Of a stretch of 64,000 bases of DNA, positions 1-13,341 are shown in pieces. The stretch's first letter is position 1, and every line of letters begins with the position of its first letter. Source of the DNA: Lytechinus pictus (Eukaryota); contig NW_026974140.1 in NCBI RefSeq assembly GCF_037042905.1, positions 622,001-686,000 of the forward strand, read 5' to 3'. The notes under the pieces are model-generated. The model did not search any database. It was not told the DNA's origin and worked only from the letters and a program-made list of their open reading frames with translations. Both the position numbers and the translations under genes were made by a program.

Positions 1-757
1 AGATCGACCAGTGGCACTCAGTGCGCATGCCCAGGCCCGCCTGCGCCCGGCGATCGAAGACATTCTGCGGAGTCTGGAATTTTGATAAGGGGGGGGGGGG
101 GGTCTGACTGCAAACTAGAAAACAGTTTTAAAATAGATACGAACTTCTTCTTGTTTGGTTATGGTTGGCAATCAGTCAAGAAATGACGAATTTTGCCACT
201 GCTTTTGGAGCTTTTTTTATATATGGAAGATCAAGAATGAAAAGCTTATTTTTAGTTTCTATTTTATTTATTTTCTTTTTATTTTAAAGATAAAAATAGC
301 TTTGCTAACATGGCAAGGTTGAAAAAATAGCAATAAATATTATGCGCATTATGAATATAAAAAATAGCCTATTTTTATTTTATTCACCTACAAAAATAGA
401 AAAAAAATGTCTGTTAGTTAAAAAAGAAAAAGAGAAAAATATACGCTTTTTTATTTTATTTGTAAAAAAAAGTATAAAATAGTCCCCTTTAACGAAAATT
501 AGTAAAAAAAAAGGGGATAAAATGGGAAGAAATATTTTTTCTCGCAACAAAAAAGAGGATAATTTTTGTTGTTATGTTAACTAGAAAATTTCACTGAGAA
601 TAACGCAGTTTCGATTTAAGTTATATGGTAAGATCGAACCACATAATTTAATGAAACTTTACATGAAAATATTACATAAACATAAAGAACAATCAAGTAA
701 GTTATTATAGATGTTTTTTCCTCTTATCCTCAATCGAGCTGTTTTAATCACAACAAC

Positions 758-758
<1 letters not shown>

Positions 759-816
<58 letters not shown>
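759..816. repeat. (TA)n microsatellite
   Basis: Pure TA run. Confidence 0.95.
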
Positions 817-820
<4 letters not shown>

Positions 821-1261
821 ATTAAAAAAATTGACTTAACAATGCAATGATTTATTTTTTATATCACATATTGTTTTTAATTTCCGAACTTTTTCCTTTA
901 CATAAACTTTCTAAATAAACAATCACTAAAGCTTGAATTCAACCCATAAAGTGACACGACACTTGCTCCCGGTGATTTTAGGGACATAGCCGGTTAGAGT
1001 TAGAGACTGATGTACGCCTAATAGAGTTTTTGGTTCAGAATAATGTAAATATCAGGATAAGGGTTTATTTAGTGTTGGAGGATAGGTTTTTGTTTGGCTT
1101 AACGTGCGGATTTTGCCGGAGCAAATCAATAAATAACTCCAAAAAGTTGATTAGGCCTACACATATCAGGGCTGGAATTTTGCAGATCATAACCTATAAT
1201 CGATTTTTGTTTCATCTATAGAAATAATAATCTTGAAAATATATAATACCAATCTTTCTAG

Positions 1262-1775
1262 CAGGGGCGGATCCAGGTTTTTCTAAAAGGGGAGCACATT
1301 TTCTGAGATAAATTTTACAAGCAAAAAATGAATGAATGAAATAGAAAAGGGTTTTCATCTAAAATTTAATTTAAAGTCATCGCTTTCAAAGGGGGGGGGG
1401 GCACATTTGTGTAAAATTGCATATTTAAATTAAAAATGATTATTGCTCTAATAATAATAATAATATAGGATATTTATATTGCGCACATATCCACCTTGTT
1501 AGGTGCTCAAGGCGCACCTATATTACCCGGCTAAGATAGGCGTTCATAGCGCACACAGCTTTTTAAGGAATTACTTCCTACCGGTACCCATTTACCTCAC
1601 CTGGGTTGAGTGCAGCACACTGTGGATCAGTTTCTTGCTGAAGGAAATTACGCCATGGCTGGGATTCGAACCCACGACCCTCTGTTTCAAAGTCCGAAGA
1701 CTAATCCACTGGGCCACAACGCTCCACTAGGGGGGGGGGGGCATGAGCCGGATGTGCCCACTGGATCCGCCGGTG
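1262..1775. mobile_element. hAT-like MITE carrying a nested SINE
   Basis: TIRs CAGGGGCGGATCCAG and CTGGATCCGCCGGTG; 8-bp flanks CTTTCTAG (1254-1261) and CTTTCTAT (1776-1783) match at 7/8 positions, consistent with a TSD. Confidence 0.75.
1449..1727 (-). mobile_element. tRNA-derived SINE
   Basis: Minus strand has a tRNA-like head with A box TGGCCCAGTGG and B box GGTTCGAATCC, a central CACTCAACCCAGGTGAGGTAAATGGGTACC block, and an (ATT)n tail. A related copy lies at 44199-44453. Confidence 0.9.
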
Positions 1776-1974
1776 CTTTCTATCTTAAAAAAATAATTGA
1801 ACATGTTTACAATACCGTATGAAATGAATGAAGTGGTTTCAACCTCCTTACAAATGTTACTTATGTTGTTATTTACTACATGCCACTTAAATAAAAAAAA
1901 ATTAGGGTAAAATGTTATTCAAGAATTGAATTTCAATTGTCTTATTCTGTTAAATACAATTATATACAACATAA

Positions 1975-3161
1975 GTAAAATGGGTTTCATCTGGAATCGA
2001 ATGGTAGATACACCAGTAGTAATGCCTAATATTAATTGGTTTTAACTAGTATCAACTGGTCTCCATACCAGTATGGTTAATGAGTCTCAACTGAAATCAA
2101 GTGGTAGATGAATTATACCCGCAAGGCCTATTGGTTTCAACTGGTCAATGTTACAAGTGGATGCAATTGGTAGGCACACCTATCGCATTTCAATGTACTC
2201 CAACTCGAATCAACTGGTATAATATTTCAAAATGATTAATGGGTTTCAGCTACATATGGAATAAAATAGTAGTCATACTAGTAAGGCCAATTGGTTTACC
2301 TTTAGTATACCAGGCTACTTGGAAAGTTGAATGAACTGTTGAAAATACCCACTGAGTTTCAATGGGTTCCAACTGGATCAAATTGATCAAAATGGGCTTC
2401 AACTTGAATCAACTGGTAGATCGAGGCATATTGGTTCTAACTGGTATCAATTGGTTTGATATATTCCAGTATGGATAATGGGTTTAAAAGTATATTATGG
2501 GTAGTCTATGGGTTCCGATTGGTATAATCTGTTCCAGTTTGGTTTATGGGTTTTAACTGGAATTAACTGGTAGATACCAGTAAGGCCTATTGATTCTAAA
2601 TGGTATCAATTGGTTTGATATTCCAGTATGGTCAATAGGTTTCGAGTAAGTTATGGTTGGTCTATGGGTTCCAACTGGCATAATCTGGTCAAGATTGATT
2701 TATGGGTTTTAACTGGAATCAACTGGTAGATATACCAGTAAGGCATGTTGGTTCTAACTGGTACCAATTGGTTTAATGATATACCAGTATTCTTAATGGG
2801 TTTAAGGTGGTATTAACTGGTAAATACACCCATTGAGTTTTTATGGGTTTCATTTTGCATCAGATGGTCCAGTTTTGCTTTATATGGGTTTTAAACTGGA
2901 ATCTATTGGTAGATAAACCAGTAAGGCTTATTGGTTTTAACTGTTACTAACTGGTGTACTAGTCTATTCCAGTATAGTTAATTGGTTTCAACTGGAATCA
3001 ACTTGTATGTTTTCAGCATGTCCAGTTGGGACAATTGGTTTCAACTGGAATATACTGGTATGATGGGAGTTTACCAGTTGTGCCAATTGGTTTCAACTGG
3101 TACCAGTTGAATCCAGTTGAAACCAGTTCAACTTGTTTCAACTTTTTTTTTTACCTGGGTA
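1975..3161. repeat. Degenerate repeat array of GGTTTCAACTGG/AATCAACTGGTA motifs, probably the repeat-rich arm of a non-autonomous DNA transposon
   Basis: Many motif copies with a higher-order period of ~158 bp (2431/2590/2747). Ends sharply at TTTTTTACCTGGGTA. Related sequence at ~46980-47250. Confidence 0.7.
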
Positions 3162-3745
3162 GCGATGCTGGCTCTTTCATCCCCACAGTTATCGTCAAAT
3201 GCTGATCATTCAACCCTTTTCATAAAGTGCCAAATGGCGATCGACTCTCTCTTGTTGCAGCGTCTGCTCTTAGGTAGCCTTTCTTAGTTAAATGTATTAT
3301 ATCGGCTACATATTTGGCAAGCGACTCCGTCCTCCCAAGTTTCATTGACTCGAGTTGCGCTAGATATGACGTTGCTCAACGACGGTCTCCAAAGCGTCGC
3401 AGAAGACTTGTTATCAGTTCGTAATAGGTTAGTTCACTAAAACTTGCCAATTCATATATATATTCGGCTGCCTCTCCTTGTAAAGCTGATGTTAGTCTTA
3501 TGTGCTTCTCTTCTGTGCCTCATCCACTCGACATGACGAGAGCCTCGTATTGATTTTTAAATGCAAGTAGAGATAATGTTTCATCATAGAAATTCTGTTT
3601 TGGAAGTCATAAAGTGGTATCGTGGTTTTCAGAATCTTCTCTGCTTTGAGTTGCCGCATCTTATTTCTTAAAGATTGTATTTTTTTTGCTTAACTCTTAA
3701 TGGCCTCCAGAGGTACATCCTCTTCGCGCTTCCTTCTTCTGCCTG
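3160..3745 (-). pseudogene. Degenerate Gypsy/Ty3-type LTR retrotransposon gag (coiled coil plus capsid) remnant
   Basis: Manual translation across stops and frameshifts gives FYDETLSLLAFKNQYEALVMSSG*GTEEKHIRLTSALQGEAAEYI..ELTYYELITSLLRRFG..ATSYLAQL..ESLAKYVADI..LTKKGY..HFMKGLNDQHLTITVGMKEP. This fits the Gypsy capsid pattern (L-x-G-x-A, Y-x2-L-x3-L-x2-RFG, ESL-x2-Y). Confidence 0.75.
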
Positions 3746-6454
3746 GCATGATGACTTCTTCAAAACAAATGTTCTGGAAACTAATTTTTCAATGGATGTG
3801 TAAAAGTTCTTATCCAGCCGCTGCTCACCAAATGTTACGTTTGTAAACTATTGACGTGTTGGGGTACAAAATAACTCTGTACAAATTCATGTAGTTCAGT
3901 AATCAGAACTTTATTTGACCAAGGTAGCATGGATGATAGAAGCAGTTAAGGCGTTCTCTCAATAACTTTACAAATGAAGACTGACTCAAGACTTACTGAA
4001 TACTGGTATATATAAGATAAACAAATTACCATCATCATATTAGTATCCCACCAGCAGATCTGTTCTCCGAGATAATGCAATTGCAACAGTCGATACAAGG
4101 AGCAATGGATCAAATTGCAATCCGTTGAGAACAGAAAGCTTAGTCAGAATTAAGTTGTAAACAAGGATAATCACATAGAGTGGACAAAGAGTAGAATACA
4201 TGGAAGAGATGGGAAACCTGAATGATCCATGGGTAATGTAAACAAGGCTTTTACATAAACTTGTCCAGAAGGAAATGAAATAGCCTTTGACTCTATGGTG
4301 AGACCAATTTTATATGACCTAAAATCCCGCTGCGAATAGCAACCAAACTGTACACTTCAGGTTGGGGTAACCAAGATATTTATGAAGGATGAATAACCTG
4401 AGTTTAATAGTAATATCATGAAATACATAACTCTGGCTAGTAACAATATCATTATTTAAACTCTTTTAAGTCAGATGCAAAAGGTACATTGATATAATAC
4501 TTGTCTACTACCCTTTCATTCGAAATCACACACATTATGGAGTCTTTATAGCAAATAGGTCACCGTCAGTCTGGACATAATACCTAAACTAACCATGTAG
4601 AATGGACAACATTTATTGTAATCATAATTATTCAACAATGCATGCCCCCAAAAGTGTGTTTCTAAGCAAACTTCTTTTTTATTCAAAATGAGGTCGATCT
4701 TATTAATTCCCTTTTCCGCTTTTCCTATGTGCTACAGGTCCCTTAAAGAGAGAATATAAGCCCAGCTTTACAAAATAATCTCACTGACCTCAGGTGCATG
4801 CACAAATTAATTGAATGTACTAATTTAGTAATTACCATGCCCCCTATAAGAATAGCTTATCTTCTCTTCATATTTTGCTCTGCTGATATATCTTTAGTTA
4901 AAAAAATAGATAAATACACCATCATGCCAGATTTAGAAACATTTATGCAATGAACAACGCGATATTCCATAAGGAGCATGCCCTTCATTAGTAGTTTGAA
5001 TCTCCATTGGTATGGATTCCTAATTTGACTCTTCGTGCGTTTCCTCTGTCATGCCTAGATTGTGATTAGCCTATACTTCTATAATAACGTGAATTCCTTT
5101 AAAGGTAAATAGTACTCGTTGCAGCAAACAATTATGTCATAAGACAGCCTGTTAAGTCAAGGTTAATGGTCAAAATGTTATGCTATACCTACGTATATAG
5201 ATATGGTACATTAACCCTTCCGGTGCGACAAGCTCAAATATGGACCACTTGCATCCAACTCGAGCAGACGGCAGATAGACCGGGGGCTGGGAAAGTTTAT
5301 TCAGCTGATCGGGTACAAAAGGCTTGATGATCCCATTATGTTGGCACGAAGGCAGTGATCAAGGAAATGTGTTGCTGCCAGGCCACATCATGTATGGAAG
5401 GCTCAGAGGGCCCCCCAAAAATGGTTTATTTAGCTGAAAAGGTACATGGCTAATTCTTTTTGCAAGTGACCTAATATACAGTACATAGGGTTTTCCAAAA
5501 GTACCAATGCCAGCAAATCTATCCTGTACGGGGGGCCGGACAGTAGGCCCAAAGGATCCCCGAAAATTGGTTTATTCAGCTGAAAAGGTACATGGCTAAT
5601 TCTTTTAAAAATGGAATCTGCATGCATTGGGGCTCACAAAACTACCCATGCCAGCAACTTATCCTGTACGGGATCCAGACAGTATGCCCTAAATGCCCAT
5701 ATGTCCCACAACTAATCTATTAAGTTGAAAATGTACATGGAAAAATTATTTTGCAATGGAGGAGATATAGAATGGGATTTAACATAATATCAATACCAGC
5801 AACTTTATCCTCTACGGGGGCCCAGAGAGTTGGCCCAAAGGGCCACCGCAAATTGGGTTTATTCAGCTGAAGACATACATGGATATGTTTTTTCTGAAAT
5901 GGAATCTCCATAATTTGGGGCTCACAGAAATATCAATGCCAGCAACTTTATCTTGTACGGGGGCCTGGATAGTAGGCCAAAATGGCCAAAATGTCCCATT
6001 ATTTTTTTTTATTCAGCTGAAGACATACATGGATTTTTTTTCTGAAATAGAATCTCTATAATTTGGGGTTTACAGAATAGTAGGCAAAAATGGCCAAATG
6101 TCCCATTATTTTTTTTTTCTTCAGGTGAAGACATACATGGATAATTCTGTTTGCAATGGATTCAGTATACAGTATGATTTCCACAAATAGCAATGCCAGC
6201 AAAGTTATCATGTATGGGGTCTAGACAGTAGGCCCAAAGGGCCCCGATCGAAATTGGTTTACTCATCTCAAGACACATGAATAATTCTTCTTGCAATATA
6301 ATCAGTATACACAGGGATTTAAAAAAATATTGCAACTTCATCATGTATGAGGAAATAGACATAAGGCCCAAATACTTGCCGAAAACTGATTTAATCCTAT
6401 GAAGATATGTATTATTCTTGTCTTGCAATGGACCTCGTATACATTTGGTATGCG
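3614..6454 (+). repeat. Local segmental duplication, copy 1
   Basis: Colinear with 6455-7995 plus 13351-14095. Copy 2 lacks ~3787-4019. Confidence 0.9.
5375..6445. repeat. ~143-bp tandem satellite array
   Basis: ATGCCAGCAACTTTATCCTGTACGGGGGCC..GTTTATTCAGCTGAA recurs at 5507, 5648, 5793, 5936 and 6193. Preceded by a piggyBac-like TTAACCCTT end at ~5211. Confidence 0.85.
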
Positions 6455-8626
6455 AGTGGTATTGTGGTTTTCAGACCCCTCTCTGCTTTGAGTTGCCGCA
6501 TCTCATTTCTTAAAGATTTTATTTCTTCTGCTAAATGTTCAATGGCCTCCAGAGATGCATCCTCTTCGCGCTTCCTTCTTTCGCCTGGCATGATGACTTC
6601 TTCAAAATAAATGTTCTGGAAACTAATTTAACAAATTACCATCATCATATTAGTATCCCACCAGGAGATCTGTTCTCCGAGAGATACAATTGCAACAGTC
6701 GATACAAGGAGCAATGGATCAAATTGCAATCCATTGAGAACAGAAAGCTTAGTCAGAATTAAGTTGTAAACAAGGATAATCAGACAAAGTGGACAAAGAG
6801 TAGAATACATGGAAGAGATGGGAAAAGTGAATGATCCATGGGTAATGTAAAGAAGGCTTTTACATGAACTTGTTGAAAAGGAAATAGGCTTTGACTCTAT
6901 GGTCAGTCCAAATTTATGTGACCTAAAATCCCCTGCGAATTGCAACCAGACTGTACACTTCACTTTGGGATAAACAAGATATTTATGAAGGGTGAATAAC
7001 CTGAGTTTAATAGAAATATCAAGAAATACATAACTCTTGGTAGTAACAATATCATTATTAAGACTCTTTTAAGTCAAATGCAGAAGGTACATTGGTATAA
7101 TACTTGTCTACTACCCTCTCATTTGAAATCACACATATTATGGAGTCTTTATAGCAAATAGGTCACCGTCAGTTTGGACATAATACCTAAACTAAACATG
7201 TAGAAGGGACAACATTTTTTTATCATAATTATTAAACAATGCATGCCCCCGAAAGTATGTTAATTCAAGATGAGGTCGATCTTATCAATTTTTTTTCCCG
7301 CTTTAGTTACGTGCTACAGCTCTCTCAAAGAGAGAATCTAGGCCCAGCTTAAAAAAATAATCTCACTGACCTCAGGTGTGTGCACATATTAATGCAATTT
7401 ACAACTTTAGTAATTGTCCATGCCCCCTAAAAAGAATAGCTTACCTTCTCTTCATATTTTGCTCTGCTGATATATCTTTAGTTTTAAAAAATAGATAGAT
7501 ACATCATCATGCCAGATTTAGAAACAAATGATGCAATGAATAACGCGATTTTTCCATAAGGAGCATGCCCTTCATTAGTAGTTTGAATCTCCATTGGTAT
7601 GGATTCATAATTTGACTCTTCGTACGTTTCCTTTGTCATGCCTAGATTGTGATTTGTCTATACCTCTTTAATACTGTTTTTTCCCTTAAAGGTAAGTAGT
7701 ACTAGTTGCAGCAAACAAATATTTCATGAGACAGCATGTTAGATCAAGGTTAATTGTTAAAATGCTATCATATATATACGTATAGAGATATGGTACATTA
7801 ACCCTTCCGGTGCGGCAAGCCCAAATATGGACCACTAGCATCCAACTCGCTCAGACGGCAGGAAGACCGGGGGCTGGGAGAGTTTATTCAGCTGATCGGG
7901 TACAAAAGGTTTGATGGTCCCATCCTGTTGGCATGAAGGCAGTGATCAAGGAAATGTGTTGCTGCCAGGCCATATCCTGTACGGAAGGCTCAGAGTAGTC
8001 TGCAGGCACAGACCCTCATTGGAACTTTGATCAACAAGTGTGCCTCCACGCAAAGACTAGCACATACAAAACTTGCTGTTCCAATACAGGGTCTGCATAA
8101 TCTTCCAAAAATCATTTCTCACGCTCCAAATCTGGCCCCACCTCCTTCTTTCAGAGTCACTTTCCATTGGCTAGTAAACATTGTCAATCAGCCTCCCAGG
8201 GGAACTGCTACCAGTGGCCAGTGAGAAGATAATTGATAACTCAGATAAGATTTAGCCAGTAGTTAATCCAACATAAACAATGTCCCATGCCCAGAAAACC
8301 CTCCAGGGATCTTGTGGTCTACATCCAAACAAATGAAATGGTCATTATAGGGCTTACTGTATACTCATGGAGCAATAGCTCTATGGTATAATACCATAGG
8401 AAATAGTCACATATCCCTGCTAGAACAAATCTTCCAGTCCTAAGCAGGGAAGTACACGTAAGCTATAGAAATGTTTATTTCTTGTATTGGCCCATTATAG
8501 TTTGTTCCAATACCAACAGTTTCTTTATATCTTTCTATTGGGTCATTTTTTCACTTTATATAGGTTGGAACTTCCTTCATGTATTTTATTAGCCCTATAA
8601 TAGATTATGAATATAACTAAGGATCA

Positions 8627-9166
8627 AGGACAAGTTCACCCAACAAAGAAGTTGATTTGAATAAAAAAAAGGAAAATCCAACATTTTATAACACTGAAAA
8701 TGTCCTCAAAATCGAATGTTAAATAAGAAAGTTTAATCACATTTTAAAGTTTCGGTTAATTTCACATACAGTTTTCCACATCCTGGTCCGATTTGCAAAT
8801 GAGGAGACTATCCACTTTTTTTGCATTTGATTATGTGATATATTCTAATTTTTAACAAATGAAACAACGACCAATTCCTCCCTGAACATGTTGAATCAGC
8901 TTTTTTATTACTATGGTTCAGTTAACTTGGTCCTTATTGCACAATTTAAACAATAACAAACAAATGAAATAGTGAGTTAGGGTTATAAACTGTCTCGTTT
9001 GCATCCCAGGTGTGCATGTCACATCACTGTTTTGTGAAAAATAAGCGAAACTTTAAAATATCATACATTTCTTATTTTACGTCCGATTTTGATGAAATTT
9101 TCAGCCTAGCTAGTTTGATTTTCCTCTTTTTATTCAAATAAAAAAATTATAGGGTGGACTTGACCT
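8627..9166. mobile_element. Kolobok-like palindromic MITE
   Basis: AGGACAAGTTCACCC...GGGTGGACTTGACCT-TTAA with long TIRs; same family as 11557-12158. Confidence 0.75.
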
Positions 9167-9399
9167 TTAAGATTTCATATAATTTGCACGAAGTCCATTT
9201 CTCTTTGGCTCTCATTTTTCTTCCCTATTCTCCACATTTATTTGATTCTATCTCATTACTCCTTAATCACTTTTCTTTTTTCTAGTTAAATATTATTACA
9301 TCTTTAATTCCAATCTGTCATTACAGCCAGGGCTGTTGGCAACAGAAAACTGTGTGCAGGTTATAAATAGTAAAATTAAATTCAAATACTTAAAAAAAA

Positions 9400-10095
9400 A
9401 CAGTGAAGACTTTATATTCACAACTTAAAATGGCATGTAAAATGAGAAAGACAATGATGTCCCTCATGTTATACTTTTTTTTTCTTCTTCTTTCATTAAG
9501 AAATAGTTTTAACGATATTTCAATGTTTACAGATTTGACATAAAAGACCAACTTGACTGAACATATTAAATGTTAGTACCATGGCAATGCCACATGTTTA
9601 GAAGAGAACATTTTGCTTCACGTGACGATGAGGAGAAATTTGAAACATCAATATTCAATATATTAAAATGCCAAAAAAAATAGTGAGTGATGTCGTCAGT
9701 CCCCTCATTTGCATACCGACCAGCAGTGGCGTACTGTGGGTCACGGCATTGGGGGGGGGGGCACCAGCAAAAATTCTGAGCCACTTAGTGAGCGCGCTTC
9801 GTATGTATCTAACTGATCAAATAATGCGAGCGCGAAGCACGAGCTGAAAATGTTGGATATTCAGACCTAAAAAGGGACTCAAATTTTTGTAATCATTAAA
9901 AGAAATAGTGAGTGAGGAACATCATCAACTTTCTCATTTGAGTTGTGCATATAACTATTTTGTGGAAAAATAGCGAAACTTTAAAATGTCATAACTTTCT
10001 TATTTTACATCCGATTTTGATGAAATTTTCAGCATTGTGCTTGTTTGATTTTTCTCTATTGATTCAAATCAACATTTTTCTGAGGTGGACTTGAG
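9400..10095. mobile_element. Partial Kolobok-like MITE with a nested CAGTGGCGTA (hAT-like) fragment at ~9724-9895
   Basis: Right TIR matches the 8627 and 11557 family; the internal sequence is interrupted. Confidence 0.6.
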
Positions 10096-11229
10096 TTAAA
10101 ATTATGCTGGATTTGCCTATTGAACGAGATAGCACGGAAGATAACATGGAACATTAAATAATCTCATGATTCTGTTTTAAGTCAATATGCACAAGTGATT
10201 TGAGTTTTCATTATTGTTATATGAGAGATACATCATCCTGTTTTTTATTACAAAAAGTGTTCAATATCAAGTTTCCAGTTCGCTCTATCGCTTTCGTATA
10301 TTAAAATGTCCGGTGTTTGAAATACCAAAACCTTTCAGCTCGCACTTCACGCTCGCATCAATTATTGTTGATTTAGATACCTATCCTGTTCATGATTAAA
10401 AAAGGTGCTTATTCCTTTGAATGTTAATTTTTTTTAATTTTATATATATATAAATTGCAGCTCCCACTTCACGCTCTCATTTTGATTGGTGAGATAATTT
10501 TGATTGGTGAGATAATTGGTGAGATAATTCGGAAGTCACTGCAACACTAAGCAATCCTCAATGGGGTACTTCGGGCAAAAATTATTATCTAAACAAATAA
10601 ATAAGAATAAAATTCACTGAACACAATGCTTAAAGTATAATCACAGTATGATTTAAAAAATAGCAAAGTTATTGAATTTTAAAGGTAAGCAATATTTTGT
10701 GAAATAATGCATGTTAATTGTCAGGAATATTCATGATATGGGCTGATGATGTCACATCCCCGCTTTAGTTCTTCTTATGTCATGTAGAAATCATGATTAT
10801 TCCAAAATTTTCATTTTCATACGTTTGATATGCCTCCCTTATGATAAGTGAACTTGCTGTACACGGTAAGAAATAATGATGCATTAAATGAGTTGATGAT
10901 CTTACTTTTATTTATTGGAACACAATATTCAAATAAACATAATATCAATGATTAATTGACATTAAATACTTCAATAACACATATACGTAATGTATGTTTT
11001 TGTTTTTAAAATAAGAAAGATATAATATTTACATAAACAATACAAGAGGTGTCTTCATTAGCATTTTTAGGTGAACTGTTGATAAGAAGCTTATTTGGGG
11101 TGAACATGATGGTGTCATCTGTAATAAGATTGCAAAAAAATGTTGGTGTATACAATAGGCATGCAGCTTTCATAGAGGAATTTTAATTTTATACCAAGTC
11201 TGGGGAAATTTTTGTAAATTTCATTTTAC

Positions 11230-11556
11230 ACACAAAAATAGCAGGAAGAATAATAAATCACGCCCCATTCCTTGCTCATACTGAACCAACATTTTCAAAT
11301 AGTAGAGTACTAAAAGTCGAAGCTATAATTATAATTTTAACATGGCAATTTTCATGTATTCTTGCCACAATAATGTTTTACCAAGGACATTTTTGCAATA
11401 TTTGTGTGTTAATAGTTCAATACATATATATATGATAACGAATGCAACAAACTTTCACTTGTCATCTTTTTGTATTATTCACAATGCAGTATTTTATCAA
11501 GGCCCTGCCATTTGGAATTCAATTCCAACTGAAATTCGTAAAAGCAAATCACTTAA
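11230..11556 (+). pseudogene. Old fragment of a CR1/L2-group LINE ORF2 C-terminus
   Basis: AHTEP..VLKV..MAIFMYSCHNNVLP..NSSIH..NFHL..YQGPAIWNSIPTEIRKSKSL aligns by eye with the C-terminus of the ORF2 at 22031-25000. Confidence 0.75.
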
Positions 11557-12158
11557 AGGACAAGTCTACCCCCAACAAATAGTTGATTTCAAAACAGGAG
11601 AAACATCCAACAAGCAAAACACTGACAATTTCATCAAAATCGGATGTAAATTAAGAAAGTTATGACAATTTAAAGTTTCGCTTAATTTTACCAAACAGTT
11701 ATATGCACATCCTGGTCGGTATGCAAATTGGCAGACTGATGACGTCACCCACTCACTATTTCTTTTGTATTTTATTATATGAAATATGAAATATTCTAAT
11801 TTCTCCTCCTTGTCAAGTGAAACAAAGTTTTATTTCTCCCTGAACATGTGGAATTACCATTATTTTAACAGTTTATGGTTAAGTTAAGTTGGTCCTTATT
11901 GTCAAATCTGTAAAACTTGAAATATTGTATTATTCAAACAATAAAAAACAAAAGAAATACTGAGTGATGGACATCACAGACTCTCATTTGCAAATCGCTG
12001 AATTGTGCATTTAACTATTTTGTGAAATATTAAGCGATACTTAAATATTTCATAACTTTCTTATTTTACATCCAATTTCGATGAAATTTGCAGCGTTATG
12101 TTTGTTTGATTTTTCTCTATTGATTCAAATCAACAATTTTCTGGGGTGGACTTGACCT
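11557..12158. mobile_element. Kolobok-like MITE with TTAA TSD
   Basis: TTAA (11553-11556), AGGACAAGTCTACCCC...GGGGTGGACTTGACCT, TTAA (12159-12162); long TIRs. Confidence 0.85.
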
Positions 12159-13341
12159 TTAATGTTTTCATTTTTTTTTCTTTCGATCAGTATTTCAATT
12201 GATATATAGGTTTTAGTAGTTTTGTATTTTCCAGGGTTTGTTCGGCTTTTTGCTGTCTCATTTTTAGTGTAATTTCTATAAAATGTTATTTCTTTCTTTT
12301 ACCATTTTAAGTAATTGAGTTGGTGTTTAAGGTAAGAATGTTATGACATTAATTTTTCACAAAACATTGAGTTTAATATTTATGCATTTGTACATGAAGG
12401 CCTACCTCCTGATCATCATGCAAATGAGAGAATTACCCATGTCACACACCATTTTCATTTGCATTATCTTATGATGTGAAATATTTCAATTCCTTCTGTT
12501 TGTAATCATATATTATGAAAAATTATTAATATGATTGAACAAATTTGTACATGTGGAACCACAAAAGGCATATTGTAGATGAATATGAATTATTCGAGAG
12601 TATCTTTGATATCAAATTTAGTGAGTGTAAATTGATAAATGCTTTGCTGTTTTCCAATAATTATAGGGGAAAACAAACCCATATAAGCCTACAAACTAAA
12701 ACTTGATAATTAAGATAATATCAACAAAATTGATATTGATGTTGCAGTTTTGGAGAATATTTCCCAAACTTTCTTTGCCTTCTAATGCCTATAGGATAAA
12801 ATGTTATGCCTGCGCTGTCAAAGATTATTTTTGTTTGATAAAACTTTGCTGTAAAGTGTTAATTATAAGCAACGAAAAAGGCTTTGTTTAAAAAATACAC
12901 TGTATGATCCAAAAGAATAAACATAGCAACATGCACAATTAAAAGAACTATCAAGATTAAAAAAGAGAGAAAGCAACATTTATTTATCAGGGAGTCAGGG
13001 ACCATGGCAAGACATTTGCCATATATGTATGCCACTATGCTATTGCATAATGCTAGACTGGAGTTTCAATCAGGAGTATAAGTGCGATGCAGCGTGTAAT
13101 TAAACAAACACCAGTTGATCTCCTGCCCAGCAGGTTACTGGCCCAAATGACCAGCTAGTGGGAGGAGAGTTCAGAGAGGGAATGTCATGGTAACAAACTC
13201 ACAATGATTGACATAGCAAAATTTGTGCCCAACTTCCAAAGATGAAGCAGACCCTGAGCGAGAGAGCCTTCAGTACACAAGGCATGAGTAGGCTGCACAT
13301 TCAGACCCTTAACTCGAGCGAAGGGTTTGCCCAGCAGACTA

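Larger units (their letters stand above)
7996..13341. mobile_element. Non-autonomous DNA transposon with TAGTCTGC...GCAGACTA termini and a 9-bp TSD (AcademH- or Mutator-like)
   Basis: Imperfect TIRs TAGTCTGCAGGCACAGACCCT and AGGGTTTGCCCAGCAGACTA. Exact TSD GGCTCAGAG at 7987-7995 and 13342-13350. Empty paralogous site at 5400-5408. Confidence 0.85.

Noticed and set aside
1..117. GGGTCTGACTGCAAACTA as the right end of an element related to 7996-13341
   Set aside because: The left end lies outside the window, so the TSD cannot be tested.
1650..1727. tRNA gene (also 44375-44453)
   Set aside because: No proper acceptor stem, and followed by a SINE body and tail.
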